Part shown: positions 29,118 through 39,525 of the stretch, in pieces | How the letters are laid out: each line of letters opens with the position of its first letter | How positions within the stretch are numbered: the stretch's first letter is position 1 | DNA from: Nitrospirota bacterium | GTDB lineage: Bacteria > Nitrospirota > UBA9217 | DNA length: 64,000 nt | Direction: 5' to 3' | Assembly (NCBI GenBank): GCA_035623825.1 | Contig: DASPSR010000022.1 | Location: forward strand, 151,858-215,857 | Program-made: the position numbers and the translations under genes | The notes under the pieces: generated by a model | Told to the model about the DNA's origin: nothing | The model's input: the letters and a program-made list of their open reading frames with translations, nothing else | The model's database searches: none

Positions 29118-30680
29118 ATGCAAGCCCGATCGCTCAGAGAAGATGTCTCACAGATGGTCATGCCGAGACTTGACGGATCAAAGCTCGGAGATCCCGAGTA
29201 CAGCACGCAGGTGAGGGAACTCGTTCGTGACGGCATCGGGGGCTTTATCCTGTTCGGCGGAGATGTTGAGAGCACGCCGCGTTATCTTGGCGAGCTCCAG
29301 AAGCTGGCAGCGATTCCGATGCTGGTTGCATCGGACATAGAGCGGGGCCTTGGCCAGCAGCTTGACGGAGGGACCCGGTTCCCCAGCCAGCGCGCAGTGG
29401 CTTCAGCAATCAATCGTCGGTCGAAAAAAGACGCTGAGCTCCTCGACAAGATGCTCGACGCCATCCGGATCGAGACGCGGGCCGCCGGAATCCAGGCGGT
29501 ATTCGCTCCGGTCGTTGACGTGAACAATAATCCGGACAACCCGATCATCTGCACACGGGCATTCGGGGACGATCCGCAGGTGGTGGAGTGGTTCGGTTCA
29601 CGGTACATCAAGAGATTTCAGAGGCCCACGTCTAAGAACAGGATCGAACTGCTTGCCTGTGCGAAGCATTTCCCGGGTCACGGAGACACAGATCAGGATT
29701 CACATTCTGTGCTGCCCGTGATACGGGCGGATAAGCCGAGGCTGAACCGGGTTGAACTTCCGCCATTCCGGGAAGCAGTAAAGGACGGCGTCGGCATGGT
29801 CATGGTGGCGCACCTGCTCGTCCCGGCGCTCGATCCCACAAAGCCTACGACATTCTCCAAAAAGACGGTGACCGCCCTGCTCCGAGAGGGCATGGAATTT
29901 GAGGGACTGATCGTATCCGACGCGCTCGACATGGGCGCTCTCGCCGGTGAACTTTCCCCGGGAGAGGTCGCCGTGCGCACCGTCGAAGCGGGGATGGATA
30001 TCCTGCTCCACCCACGGGACGCCCGCTCCACGGTGGATGCAGTGGTTTCAGCCGTTGAACAGGGGAGGCTGACCAGGCAGAGGATCGCCGAATCCGTCGA
30101 GCGGATTTTGGCGGCAAAGAGGAGATTGGGCCAGCTTGACCGAGAGCAGCCGGTTGCACCGCGGATCGATTATGCAAAGCATCGCCAGATTGCCGAAGAA
30201 ATAGGGCGCAAGGCGCTACGCATCATTTCGGGGAGCAAAAGCGCCCTCCCTCTTGACCATTCCGGTGGAGTGGCGTGCTTCATTCTTGACGACGACAACA
30301 CGCGGGATTCGGGCGACACCTTTATTCATGAGCTGAAGGTGCGGGTGAGAGACCTTTCAGTGATCGTTCTAACGTCCGATTCAGGCATGCCGGCATCGCT
30401 GGTACATGACAGCATTCACGGAGCTGGAGCCGTTATCTTAGCATTCTTTTCTAAAATCTCCGCTTCCAAAGGCCGTTCGGGTATAAGCGGCGGGCTCAGG
30501 GACATGGCCATGGATATCCTGCGCACGGCAAAATCGGCAAAGGGAAGAGTCATCGTGATATCCTTTGATAGTCCCTATATCCTCGATCCTTTCAGGGATT
30601 CCGATCTCCTTATCGCCGCCTACGACAGAACGGACCAGATCCAGCGTGCAGCGGCTGATCTGGTGGCGGGACAGCGATAA
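29118..30680 (+). CDS. nagZ: GH3 beta-N-acetylhexosaminidase
   Basis: KHFPGHGDTDQDSH NagZ motif, SDIERG, APVVDVN, VSDALDM. Confidence 0.88.
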   Translation: MQARSLREDVSQMVMPRLDGSKLGDPEYSTQVRELVRDGIGGFILFGGDVESTPRYLGELQKLAAIPMLVASDIERGLGQQLDGGTRFPSQRAVASAINRRSKKDAELLDKMLDAIRIETRAAGIQAVFAPVVDVNNNPDNPIICTRAFGDDPQVVEWFGSRYIKRFQRPTSKNRIELLACAKHFPGHGDTDQDSHSVLPVIRADKPRLNRVELPPFREAVKDGVGMVMVAHLLVPALDPTKPTTFSKKTVTALLREGMEFEGLIVSDALDMGALAGELSPGEVAVRTVEAGMDILLHPRDARSTVDAVVSAVEQGRLTRQRIAESVERILAAKRRLGQLDREQPVAPRIDYAKHRQIAEEIGRKALRIISGSKSALPLDHSGGVACFILDDDNTRDSGDTFIHELKVRVRDLSVIVLTSDSGMPASLVHDSIHGAGAVILAFFSKISASKGRSGISGGLRDMAMDILRTAKSAKGRVIVISFDSPYILDPFRDSDLLIAAYDRTDQIQRAAADLVAGQR

Positions 30681-30831
30681 GGAGGGGCAAGGGTTCAGAT
30701 TCAGAGAAACAGCTTGAGAATATGCGAGAGATAATCGAGATAGTAAACGAAGGCACACCGTCCTTTGTCGACGCCTTGATCCCGGATTCACGTCGACATC
30801 AGGTTCCTCCTCCTTGACGGGGACTGCGTGA

Positions 30832-32388
30832 TCAGTTTTTTGCTGGATTATTGTCCACGACCTTTTCTTCTCCATCCCATCCGCCACCTAGGGAGACAAA
30901 AAGGGCGACAGTGTCCTGATAGCGCTGGGCTTGTGCCTGGAGAAGGCCGATCTTGGCCTGTTGATACTGGTTGTTCGCGATGAGGACCTGGACATAGTTT
31001 GCCGTGCCCGCCTGGTAATTTGCCAGTATCAGCCGCAGCGCTTCCTCTGCTGAACTGAACGCTAGGGACTGCGCCTGCACCAACTCGGCGTCATGTTCCA
31101 GCGCCCGCAGGGTATCGGCAACCTGGGCAAAGGCGCTGAGGACGGTCTGACGGTAGTTAGCCAAGGACACCTGATAGGAATCGATAGCGGCCTTTCGTTC
31201 GAACCATAGTGTCCCGCCGTGGAACAGGGGAGCGGTGACGTTTGCCCCCAGATTCCAGAAGTTGCTGTTGCCATTAAAAAGTTTACTGACAGTATTGTTT
31301 CCGACACCGTAGGCGCCGTTCAAAGTAAAGCTAGGGAATAGCGCTGCGGTGGCAACGCCGATTTCGGCGCTGGCACTGTGGAGCTGGGCCTCGGCAGCGA
31401 GAATGTCGGGGCGCTGGCGAACGAACCGCGAGGGCAACGTTATCGGCAACTCGCCGGGCAGCGTCAGATCCGACCATTCGACCTCCGGCGGAGTCCACTC
31501 CGCCGGCGTGCGGCCTGCCAGTGTGGCAAGCAAGTGGTCGGTCTGGTTGAGCTTTTGCTGGAGCGGAGGGAGGGTTGCTTCAAGTGTTGCAAGCTGGCTT
31601 TGGAGGCTTAACAAGTCCGAGTAAGGGATTAAGCCGGCCTGAGCCCGCGCGTCAGTGATCTTTATTTGATCTCGCTGGAAGCTGATGATCTGCTCGGTTG
31701 CCTTGATCTGCTCTTGATAGCCCGCCCGCGCTATTATTGCGTTAACGACATTGCCAGAGAGGGCTATGTATGTTGCCATGACCGTTGCATGTTGAAAATC
31801 CACCTGGGCGCCGAGACTTTCCACAGCGCGGCGCTCCCCGCCGAATACATCCAGGGCATAGCTGACCGAAGCAGAGAGGGTGAACAGATTAAAAATGCTG
31901 CTGGGATTAAATCCTCCAGTGAGGGCCGGAGAGGATTTTTGCCGAGATGCTCCCAGCCCGGCATTCAATTGCGGGTAAAATACACCATAGCCCGCGCGGA
32001 GAAGATCCTGGCTTTGGCGCAGATTGGCTTGCGCCGCCTGCATGCTCTGGTTGTTCGATATGGCCTCTTTAACGACGTTGTCGAGCCTGGGGGAGTTAAA
32101 AAGCCGCCACCAGTCCGAAATGATCTCGGCACCCTGCTCAAAGTGCTGCGCCTTGCCGTCCGCGGGCACGGTCTCGGCCGGGATTGTCCCGGTAGTGTAG
32201 CTCTCGACCGACGGCGGTTTGGGACGCTCGAAATTAGGCCCCACGGCGCAGCCGAGCATGCTGCATAGCAATACGGCGCACAGTCCCGTGAGTCGAGGCT
32301 TCTCCGCTCTCCTGGTGCTGATCGTTTTCGCTGCTTCCGAACCGCATGTCAGTTTTTCGTGATGTAATGACATTGACTTTTCTCTCAC
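30832..32388 (-). CDS. Outer-membrane efflux lipoprotein (NodT/OprM/TolC family); start uncertain
   Basis: Lipobox MLGC-AVGP, WWRLF, RPDILAAEAQL, SLGGGW. Confidence 0.9.
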   Translation of the reverse strand: MREKSMSLHHEKLTCGSEAAKTISTRRAEKPRLTGLCAVLLCSMLGCAVGPNFERPKPPSVESYTTGTIPAETVPADGKAQHFEQGAEIISDWWRLFNSPRLDNVVKEAISNNQSMQAAQANLRQSQDLLRAGYGVFYPQLNAGLGASRQKSSPALTGGFNPSSIFNLFTLSASVSYALDVFGGERRAVESLGAQVDFQHATVMATYIALSGNVVNAIIARAGYQEQIKATEQIISFQRDQIKITDARAQAGLIPYSDLLSLQSQLATLEATLPPLQQKLNQTDHLLATLAGRTPAEWTPPEVEWSDLTLPGELPITLPSRFVRQRPDILAAEAQLHSASAEIGVATAALFPSFTLNGAYGVGNNTVSKLFNGNSNFWNLGANVTAPLFHGGTLWFERKAAIDSYQVSLANYRQTVLSAFAQVADTLRALEHDAELVQAQSLAFSSAEEALRLILANYQAGTANYVQVLIANNQYQQAKIGLLQAQAQRYQDTVALFVSLGGGWDGEEKVVDNNPAKN

Positions 32389-32403
32389 GATCTTTCTTCG
32401 ATG

Positions 32404-33366
32404 TCACTGCTGAGTCCCGGTGCTTTTTGTCTCTATCTCTGTTCCTTTAATATAGACATCTACCAATTGGCCCGGATAAACATTAACATCTCTTGGCTTC
32501 TTGAACCTGAACAGTACCGGCAAAACTCTTACATCCACTCTTTCAGTTCTTTCGCTTGATAACTCGACTTTAGGCGATACGTAAGGCTGAACACGCACGA
32601 ATTCAAGGGGAATGTTGGTATTCGTGCCCCGAATCAGCATTTGTGCCTGCATTTGTGAAGCTGGAGGCAACCTGGATATGAGTATTTCATCAATGTAGCA
32701 TCTGACGCCGATATAGGTCTGTGAACTACCCATAACAATGACGGGTGTAAATCCCTGCGTATAGGTATCGTAAGTGCCTTGGGCGGATATGTAACTACCG
32801 ACCGCGGTATTGATTGAAAGGATAACACCGTCTTCAGGCGCCCTTATTGTGTATTTGGACAGCAACGTTCGGGCGAGTTCGTACTGTTTAATCGCTACTT
32901 CGACGTTTGCTTTTGCAACTTTGACAGCGTTTTCCGCGTTATCCAGCTCGAGCTGACTCACGGATTTCGGGTTCAGTTCGTATGATTTCCTCTGTTTGTC
33001 CAGTTGGTCCTGCGCGCTCTTGAAATTTGCGTTCGCGAGATCTATCAGCGCCTTCTGCTGCTCGACGGTTGCCCTTTGAACGGAGTCATCGATCAGGATC
33101 AGCGCAGTACCTTTGTTGATCATCTTTCCTTCGGAAACGGGGATTTTTATGATGGTTCCCGTTACTTCAGGGTATATGTTGATATTTGCTCCGCTGTTCT
33201 GATAGCTTTCGATGATGCCGTTTGCGTAGACGCCCTTGGTATAGGGATTGGAAGCCGGCGTGAACGCCGGAGGCTGGGGCTTTTTCTCCAGGCTGAATAT
33301 GTAGGCGCTCACCAGGCCGGCTAACAGGCCGATGACAGCAAGGATGAATATGAGCTTATTCCTCAC
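32404..33366 (-). CDS. Efflux membrane-fusion protein (HlyD/DevB-like)
   Basis: N-terminal TM, lipoyl-like halves, IRAPEDG, ERVDVRVLPV, YPGQLVDVYI. Confidence 0.88.
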   Translation of the reverse strand: MRNKLIFILAVIGLLAGLVSAYIFSLEKKPQPPAFTPASNPYTKGVYANGIIESYQNSGANINIYPEVTGTIIKIPVSEGKMINKGTALILIDDSVQRATVEQQKALIDLANANFKSAQDQLDKQRKSYELNPKSVSQLELDNAENAVKVAKANVEVAIKQYELARTLLSKYTIRAPEDGVILSINTAVGSYISAQGTYDTYTQGFTPVIVMGSSQTYIGVRCYIDEILISRLPPASQMQAQMLIRGTNTNIPLEFVRVQPYVSPKVELSSERTERVDVRVLPVLFRFKKPRDVNVYPGQLVDVYIKGTEIETKSTGTQQ

Positions 33367-34060
33367 GTGGTCCTCCCTTTGCGATGCCGGTTATCCTGCC
33401 GTCCTCCATTCTCATGATCCTGTCGGCGTATTCGAATATCCTGCTGTCGTGGGTAACGATGATGATGCACCGGTTCTCGTTCAAAATGTTCTTCTTGACA
33501 AAATCCACGATCCGCCTGCCGGTGTCCCCGTCCAGAGAAGCGGTTGGTTCGTCGAATATTAGGATATCGGGACCGCTCGCGATCGCTCTTGCGATCGCCA
33601 CCCGCTGCTGCTCCCCTCCGCTCAATTTGACCGGTTGCAGAAATGCGCGATCCTTGATCCCCACGATGTCAAGATACTCCATGGCCTTGTTCATGGATTC
33701 AGTCCAGTCCCGTTTTTTCAGGATAAGGGGGATCGCCACGTTCTCGACCGTCATCAGTCGCGGAAAGAGGTGGTAATCCTGGAACACGAATCCTACCTTG
33801 TTCAATCTGAAATCGGCGATCTCATCGCCCGTCATGCTCCAGATATCCTGGTCCTCAACGAGGACCGAACCTGAATTTGGCCTGAGAATCCCCGAAATCA
33901 GGCTCAACAAGGTCGTCTTGCCGCTTCCCGACGGGCCTTCGATATAGAGCATTTCTCCAAAGAAGGCATCAAAACTGACGCCCCGTACAGCATACGTTTT
34001 CGCTTCTCCTTCGCCGAACCATTTGATCAATTCCTGGGCCTTCACCGCCAAACGGGCCAT
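33356..34060 (-). CDS. ABC transporter ATP-binding protein (MacB/DevA-like)
   Basis: GPSGSGKT, LSGGEQQRVAIARA, DEPT, VTHD. Confidence 0.93.
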   Translation of the reverse strand: MARLAVKAQELIKWFGEGEAKTYAVRGVSFDAFFGEMLYIEGPSGSGKTTLLSLISGILRPNSGSVLVEDQDIWSMTGDEIADFRLNKVGFVFQDYHLFPRLMTVENVAIPLILKKRDWTESMNKAMEYLDIVGIKDRAFLQPVKLSGGEQQRVAIARAIASGPDILIFDEPTASLDGDTGRRIVDFVKKNILNENRCIIIVTHDSRIFEYADRIMRMEDGRITGIAKGGPREE

Positions 34061-34063
34061 ATA

Positions 34064-35200
34064 TTACCCTCTGAAGATATCGAAAGGCTCTATCCTGAGT
34101 ACTTTCCTGACGCCGATATAGCTCGAAATGCCTGCAATGATCACGACCATGATAAAGGCGAAAACGAGATTTGGGTACATTATCCTGGCTGCGTAACTTG
34201 GCAGCCTTAGTCTTGCCATCGTGATCACGAGGGAGGCAAGACCTATGCCCAGGCCGTAGCCCGTAAGGGAGGTGAACGTCGCCTGAAACAGGATCATGAA
34301 GACCAACTCCTTCCCCTTTGCCCCAATTGCCTTTAAAGCGCCGAACTTCTCCAGGTTCTCCAGGATGAACGTGTAAAAGGTCTGGCCCGAAATGGACAGG
34401 CCAACGATGAAACTAATGATCGTCATGATGAGCACATTGGTTCCGAGTCCCGTCTGATATTTATAAAACGTGGATGTTTTCTGGATGAACTCGTCTTTTG
34501 TCAGAGCCTCGTATCCAAGCTTCGCCACTTGCTTCTTGATGTACGGCACTGCAGCGGTGCTCTTCGGATCGACTAGAATAAAAGCGGCGGTAAATCTTGT
34601 GGAGGGTATATAACTGATGGCCCTGTTGAACGTGGTGTAGAGGGTTGGCACGCCAAACAATCCGCTGGTCGTGACTTTTGCAATGCCTACGATGACTCCC
34701 CTGTGATCGTTGATCTCAAATTCGGTGCCAACCCGGGGATTACCGAGCTTGGGAAATTCGGCGTCCTTGACGACGACAAATGCATTTTCCGCGTAGATGT
34801 CCTCGATATTGCCTTCGATAAGCTCAGGCCTTCCATACAGGCTGGCGTCATCCAGGCCGAGGACCGTCACTGATTGATAGACTCCGCTGCGCAGCTTCAC
34901 GAGAGCCCCGCCCGAATACAACGGTACCGCGTATTTGACGCCATCAATGCTCCTGACCGCGTCCAACACGTAATCCGGCATCGGGATACTGTTCACCGGG
35001 GTATTGACCGCCGGGTCCATCACCCAGAGCTGGGCGCCCACGTTGAGGACCGTGGCAGATGACCGGTGCAGGATGCCGGAGAACATCGAGGTCATCATGA
35101 CCATCAAAAAGACCGCGAACGTTATGCCGACAAGCAGGGCGGCGAATTTCCCCTTGTCATTTACGAGAAGCTTGTATGCGATTCTCAGGATTCCCTTCAA
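34064..35200 (-). CDS. ABC transporter permease (MacB/FtsX/DevC-like)
   Basis: One TM, large periplasmic domain, three C-terminal TMs, FGALKAIGA; TTG start. Confidence 0.88.
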   Translation of the reverse strand: MKGILRIAYKLLVNDKGKFAALLVGITFAVFLMVMMTSMFSGILHRSSATVLNVGAQLWVMDPAVNTPVNSIPMPDYVLDAVRSIDGVKYAVPLYSGGALVKLRSGVYQSVTVLGLDDASLYGRPELIEGNIEDIYAENAFVVVKDAEFPKLGNPRVGTEFEINDHRGVIVGIAKVTTSGLFGVPTLYTTFNRAISYIPSTRFTAAFILVDPKSTAAVPYIKKQVAKLGYEALTKDEFIQKTSTFYKYQTGLGTNVLIMTIISFIVGLSISGQTFYTFILENLEKFGALKAIGAKGKELVFMILFQATFTSLTGYGLGIGLASLVITMARLRLPSYAARIMYPNLVFAFIMVVIIAGISSYIGVRKVLRIEPFDIFRG

Positions 35201-35731
35201 TGCCCTTTACCTATTTCATTAAACCAGTTGAACTATGCAAGCTGCGACAGTCTTTTAATGATCAAGTGAATACCCCTGCGATCTAGTCCCCGAATATGGA
35301 AGTGGAAGATTCTCGCAACTTTTCGGCTCTGAACTGCCTAAGGAGAATATATGCCTTTAAAATGAACCTTCGGCAGCTCTGCCATCTTGATGCCTTAAAG
35401 CCCCCGGGATTCTGCTATTTCCCATGAAGAATGCGGCTTATCAAGATTTAACTATATTCAATCATGGATATGAAAAGTTGTCAATGTCCAGAATTTGCAA
35501 CTTTTCGCCCTGATGCAGCGTAGCTCAGCCGGGTGAGAGGAAAACGGACGTACGAAGAACACGATAAGGATATTCCCGAGGCCTGGAGTGGTTTTTCGAG
35601 CAATATTCCAGAGCACTTGCAGCGAAGACCATTGTTCTATAGCATGGTGTGCGCGCTTTCAATAGTTCATCAGATTCATGTCTACAAAAAAATCATTAGC
35701 GGGCACTGCGCATCTTCCGTGAGCCTGGAAA

Positions 35732-36298
35732 TTACTCCCTTTTGCCGATTGAAAATGCCTTGCCGATGCGCTCGCCGACGCCGTAATAGGCGCCTTGCCC
35801 CGCGTCAAAAATGAGTGGCCTGACCATCAGGATGTCCACCAGTCCCTTTTCGCCGAGCGCCGACTCTTCGGCCTTGATGTCCGCGATCTCGCCGATGAAT
35901 TGCGTATGAAGCCCGATTTCCAGAGTATGGAGCACCCTGCACTCGATCACAACGGGGAATTCTTTTATGTATGGAGCGTCGACCAGCTCGCTTCGGACAG
36001 GGGTCAGCTTCGTCACGGCAAACTTATCGATATTTCTTCCCGAAACGGTTCCGATATAGTCGACCTCTTTCACCATCGCAGCAGAAGGTATGTTCACGGT
36101 GTACGCTCTGCGCTCCTTGATGGATCCGTACGTATAAGTCGCCTTGCGCAAGGAAACAGTGACGCACGGAGGTTGCGAGCAGCAGATTCCACCCCATGCT
36201 ATGGTCATGATGTTCGGTTTGCCCTGAGCGTCATAGCTTCCGACAACCCAAACGGGCGCAGGCTGAGCGAGCGTTTTGGCACCCAACGACTTTTTCAC
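35732..36298 (-). CDS. Flavin reductase (DIM6/NTAB) family protein
   Basis: [39 protein letters not shown]; strong RBS. Confidence 0.9.
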   Translation of the reverse strand: MKKSLGAKTLAQPAPVWVVGSYDAQGKPNIMTIAWGGICCSQPPCVTVSLRKATYTYGSIKERRAYTVNIPSAAMVKEVDYIGTVSGRNIDKFAVTKLTPVRSELVDAPYIKEFPVVIECRVLHTLEIGLHTQFIGEIADIKAEESALGEKGLVDILMVRPLIFDAGQGAYYGVGERIGKAFSIGKRE

Positions 36299-36337
36299 GG
36301 CAACCTCCTCCTTGTCAATGCGAATTGGCGGCGGTCG

Positions 36338-36865
36338 TTACTTTGTTACTTTGACCTCCGCAATATACGGCAGATTCCTGTACTGCTCCGCACAGTCCAC
36401 GCCGTAGCCCACCACGAACTTGTCCGGAATTTCAAAACCCTTGTACGCGATCGGCACCTCGACTGCACGCCGGGGCTTCTTGTCCACCAGGACAACCGCT
36501 TCGATGCCTAAAGGCCCTTTTCCCTTAAACTTCTTGAATAGGCAGTCCAGCGTTTCCCCCGTATCTATGATTGTATCGACGAGGAGAACGTATTTACCCC
36601 TGATATCGGTCTCGATGTCTTTGGTGACGACGATGTCACGTGACGGCACTGTCGAAAGACCGTAGCTCGCGGCACGAACAAAATCGATCACAACCGGTAT
36701 CGAAAGGCAGCGCATGAGGTCCGCCATGAACACGATGGCTCCCTTCAGGATGCCCACGAGCACAAGGTCCTTTCCTGCGTAGTCGCTCGATATCCGATCT
36801 GCAAGTTCCCTTACCTTTTCTGAGATAGCCTGTTCATCGAACAGTATTTCCCGTATTTCGATCAT
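36338..36865 (-). CDS. hpt: Hypoxanthine phosphoribosyltransferase
   Basis: GILKGA..FMADL, SYG, IIDTGETL, FVVGYGVD...YRNLPYI. Confidence 0.9.
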   Translation of the reverse strand: MIEIREILFDEQAISEKVRELADRISSDYAGKDLVLVGILKGAIVFMADLMRCLSIPVVIDFVRAASYGLSTVPSRDIVVTKDIETDIRGKYVLLVDTIIDTGETLDCLFKKFKGKGPLGIEAVVLVDKKPRRAVEVPIAYKGFEIPDKFVVGYGVDCAEQYRNLPYIAEVKVTK

Positions 36866-36952
36866 GTTCCTTCACTTCGATTGAGGCCGGATTAAAAGGA
36901 TTAGTGGCAATCAATGCGAAAAATGATCACCTTTTCACAACGTTAGAACAGC

Positions 36953-38662
36953 TTATACAAAGAGATCCACAATCTTGAACCGGTTCACATCCACGAGGCC
37001 CTTGTCTGTCAGCTTCAGTTCCGGGATTACCGGTAGGGCCAGGAACGAGAGTATCCCGAACGGGTGCTTGATCTTTACTCCCAACCTTTTCACTGCTTCC
37101 TCGACCTTCACCAGATTCTCGACAACGTAATCCAGCGGTCTGTCGGACATGAGCCCTGCCACCGGCAATGGGATCTCCGCTAGTACTTTCCTCTTGTTAA
37201 CGACAACCAGCCCGCCTTGGAGTTTTCTGATCTCCGATACGGCCACAAGGATATCATCGTCGCTTGCACCAACCGCAATGAGATTGTGTGAGTCGTGTGC
37301 AACGGTGCTGGCGATCGCGCCCGTCCGTATCCCGAATCCCTTGACCAGGCCGAAGCCCATATTGCCGGTTGATTTGTGACGCTCGAGCACTATGAGCTTA
37401 AGAATGTCTCTCTCCGTGTCTGAGGAAATGTAACCGTTTCGTGATGATACCGGCAGGATCGCATGTTTTGTCTCGATTTGGTCCGGAATGAGTTCGATGA
37501 CCCTGGCCTTGCCGGTTTTCGTCCTGATCAGGAGATCCTGTTTCGTGACGGGGTTGATCTTGACCGTCCCCCTGGTCTGTTCGTGGTGTCTGCTCTCGCA
37601 GGGGGTCACGCAGATATCGCCCCTAGCGACGAGTTTCCCCTGCTTGAACACCATCTCGACCGTGAAATTCTTGAAGCCGTCTATGACGGCGACATCAGCA
37701 GCATATCCCGGCAGGATAGCGCCCTTGCGCATCAGCCCGAAGTGTCGCGCGGGGTTGATCGTTGCCATCTGGACCGCCGTTATGGGATTCACGCCCAAGC
37801 GGACGGCTTTTTTGATAAGCTGGTTGATGCTTCCATTCTTAAGATCGCCGGGTTGGAAATCGTCTGTCGCGAGGCAGAAAAACCGGGAATTGGCAGGGGT
37901 GACGGCAGGCAGCAGGGCCTCCATATCCTTGGCCGTTGACCCTTCCCGGATGAAAATCGTCATACCAAGCCGGACCTTTTCCCTCACTTCGGCAACTGAA
38001 GTGCATTCGTGATCTGACGTCATGCCAGCGCCGATGTATGCCGAGAGCTCCTTGCCAGAAAGTCCGGGCGCATGGCCATCTACCAAGGTATCCCTGAAGC
38101 GGTTCAATTTTCGCAGAACGACGGTGTCGCCTGACAGGACCCCCGGGTAATTCATCATTTCCGCCAGCCCCAGAACGCGCTGATGCTTGAGGAACGGCAG
38201 GAGATCTCCCGCCGTAAGCCGTGCGCCAGAGGTTTCGAGAGGCGTTGCAGGAACGCATGAGGGGAGCATAAAATAGAAGTCGAGGGGCAGGTCCTGGCTG
38301 GCCTTGAGGATGTAAATGATACCTTTTTTCCCGAGGACATTGGCGATCTCATGCGGATCGGCGATCACGGCCGTGGTGCCGTGGGGCAACGCGGCTTTTG
38401 CGAATTCGGCCGGCGTGAGCATGGAGCTTTCGAGGTGGACATGGCTGTCGATCAGACCGGGCAGGATCAGTTTTGAGCTGATGTCGATGACCGTTTTCCC
38501 TTCGTATTCGCCGAGTCCGGCAATGCGCCCCTGATGGATCGCGACATCGGCCCTGTATATCTCCCCCGAGAAGACGTTCACGACCCGCCCGCCACTCAGG
38601 ACAAGGTCTGCCTTCCTGATGCCGCGCGCGACGGCTATCCTGTCTTTGAGGTCGTTTTCCAT
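36953..38662 (-). CDS. ade: Adenine deaminase
   Basis: PGLIDSHVHLESS, ADPHEIANV, AEMMNYP, DGHAP, SDHEC, AHDSHN. Confidence 0.95.
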   Translation of the reverse strand: MENDLKDRIAVARGIRKADLVLSGGRVVNVFSGEIYRADVAIHQGRIAGLGEYEGKTVIDISSKLILPGLIDSHVHLESSMLTPAEFAKAALPHGTTAVIADPHEIANVLGKKGIIYILKASQDLPLDFYFMLPSCVPATPLETSGARLTAGDLLPFLKHQRVLGLAEMMNYPGVLSGDTVVLRKLNRFRDTLVDGHAPGLSGKELSAYIGAGMTSDHECTSVAEVREKVRLGMTIFIREGSTAKDMEALLPAVTPANSRFFCLATDDFQPGDLKNGSINQLIKKAVRLGVNPITAVQMATINPARHFGLMRKGAILPGYAADVAVIDGFKNFTVEMVFKQGKLVARGDICVTPCESRHHEQTRGTVKINPVTKQDLLIRTKTGKARVIELIPDQIETKHAILPVSSRNGYISSDTERDILKLIVLERHKSTGNMGFGLVKGFGIRTGAIASTVAHDSHNLIAVGASDDDILVAVSEIRKLQGGLVVVNKRKVLAEIPLPVAGLMSDRPLDYVVENLVKVEEAVKRLGVKIKHPFGILSFLALPVIPELKLTDKGLVDVNRFKIVDLFV

Positions 38663-38898
38663 AAGTTCCTTGATTTACAAAGAAATGGGGATAGATACAT
38701 GCCGAACAGACCCCTGTTTTTCGTCATCGTAAAAATCATGATTACCCGGAAATGTTGGTCCAACATTGATCTGTAAAGATCATATCAAAGATCACATAAA
38801 TCAGCATCGAAGGTATTGATTTCATATGCGGCCTACTTGAAAAAGATACAGCATATTGTTAAAATTGTAAAGGGAGACAATATGGGGAGGTGAATGCC

Positions 38899-39459
38899 AT
38901 GAAAAAGGAAGCCCTTCTTGTTATCGACATGTTGAATGATTTCGTGCTGCCAGGCGCTCCTCTTGAGGTGCATGATGCAAGGACGATCATCCCTGTTGTT
39001 CAGAAAGAGATCGGGAGAGCCCGCACCGCCGGCATTCCCGTTATCTATGTATGCGATTCGCATGCTGCCGACGACAAGGAGTTCAGGAAATTCGGCTGGC
39101 CCGCCCATGCGGTGAAGGGGACAGCGGGAGCCGCGATCATCGATGATCTAAAGCCTGCACTGAGTGATTACGTGATACCGAAAGACACATACTCCGGATT
39201 TTACGGCACCAGGCTCGACGAAACCTTGAAAAGCCTGGGCGTGAACTCCCTGAGGCTCACGGGTTGCGTGACGCACATCTGCATCATGTTTACCGCCTCT
39301 GACGCCGTTCTGCGGGACTACGAGGTCTTGGTGGTGGAGAACGGGGTGGCCGGCCTCGCGAGGGAGGATCATGACGCCGCGCTCCGGATCATGAAGCAGG
39401 TGATGGGGGTTGAAATCGTAAAATCGGGGACAGAGGTATCTGGCAGGAAGGCAGCTTAG
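38899..39459 (+). CDS. pncA: Isochorismatase-family cysteine hydrolase, probable nicotinamidase
   Basis: IDMLNDF, DSH, WPAHA, K..YSGF, GCVTHIC; immediately upstream of NAPRTase. Confidence 0.8.
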   Translation: MKKEALLVIDMLNDFVLPGAPLEVHDARTIIPVVQKEIGRARTAGIPVIYVCDSHAADDKEFRKFGWPAHAVKGTAGAAIIDDLKPALSDYVIPKDTYSGFYGTRLDETLKSLGVNSLRLTGCVTHICIMFTASDAVLRDYEVLVVENGVAGLAREDHDAALRIMKQVMGVEIVKSGTEVSGRKAA

Positions 39460-39525
39460 TAAGCGTTAAATGAGGATTTTCCCCCTTGCTCATTGATGCG
39501 GCCCCTGGACCTAATGGGAGGTTAC

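Noticed and set aside
35515-35540. GCAGCGTAGCTCAGCCGGGTGAGAGG resembling a tRNA 5' end and D-arm
   Set aside because: No anticodon arm, T-arm or acceptor complement follows; likely chance or too decayed to call.
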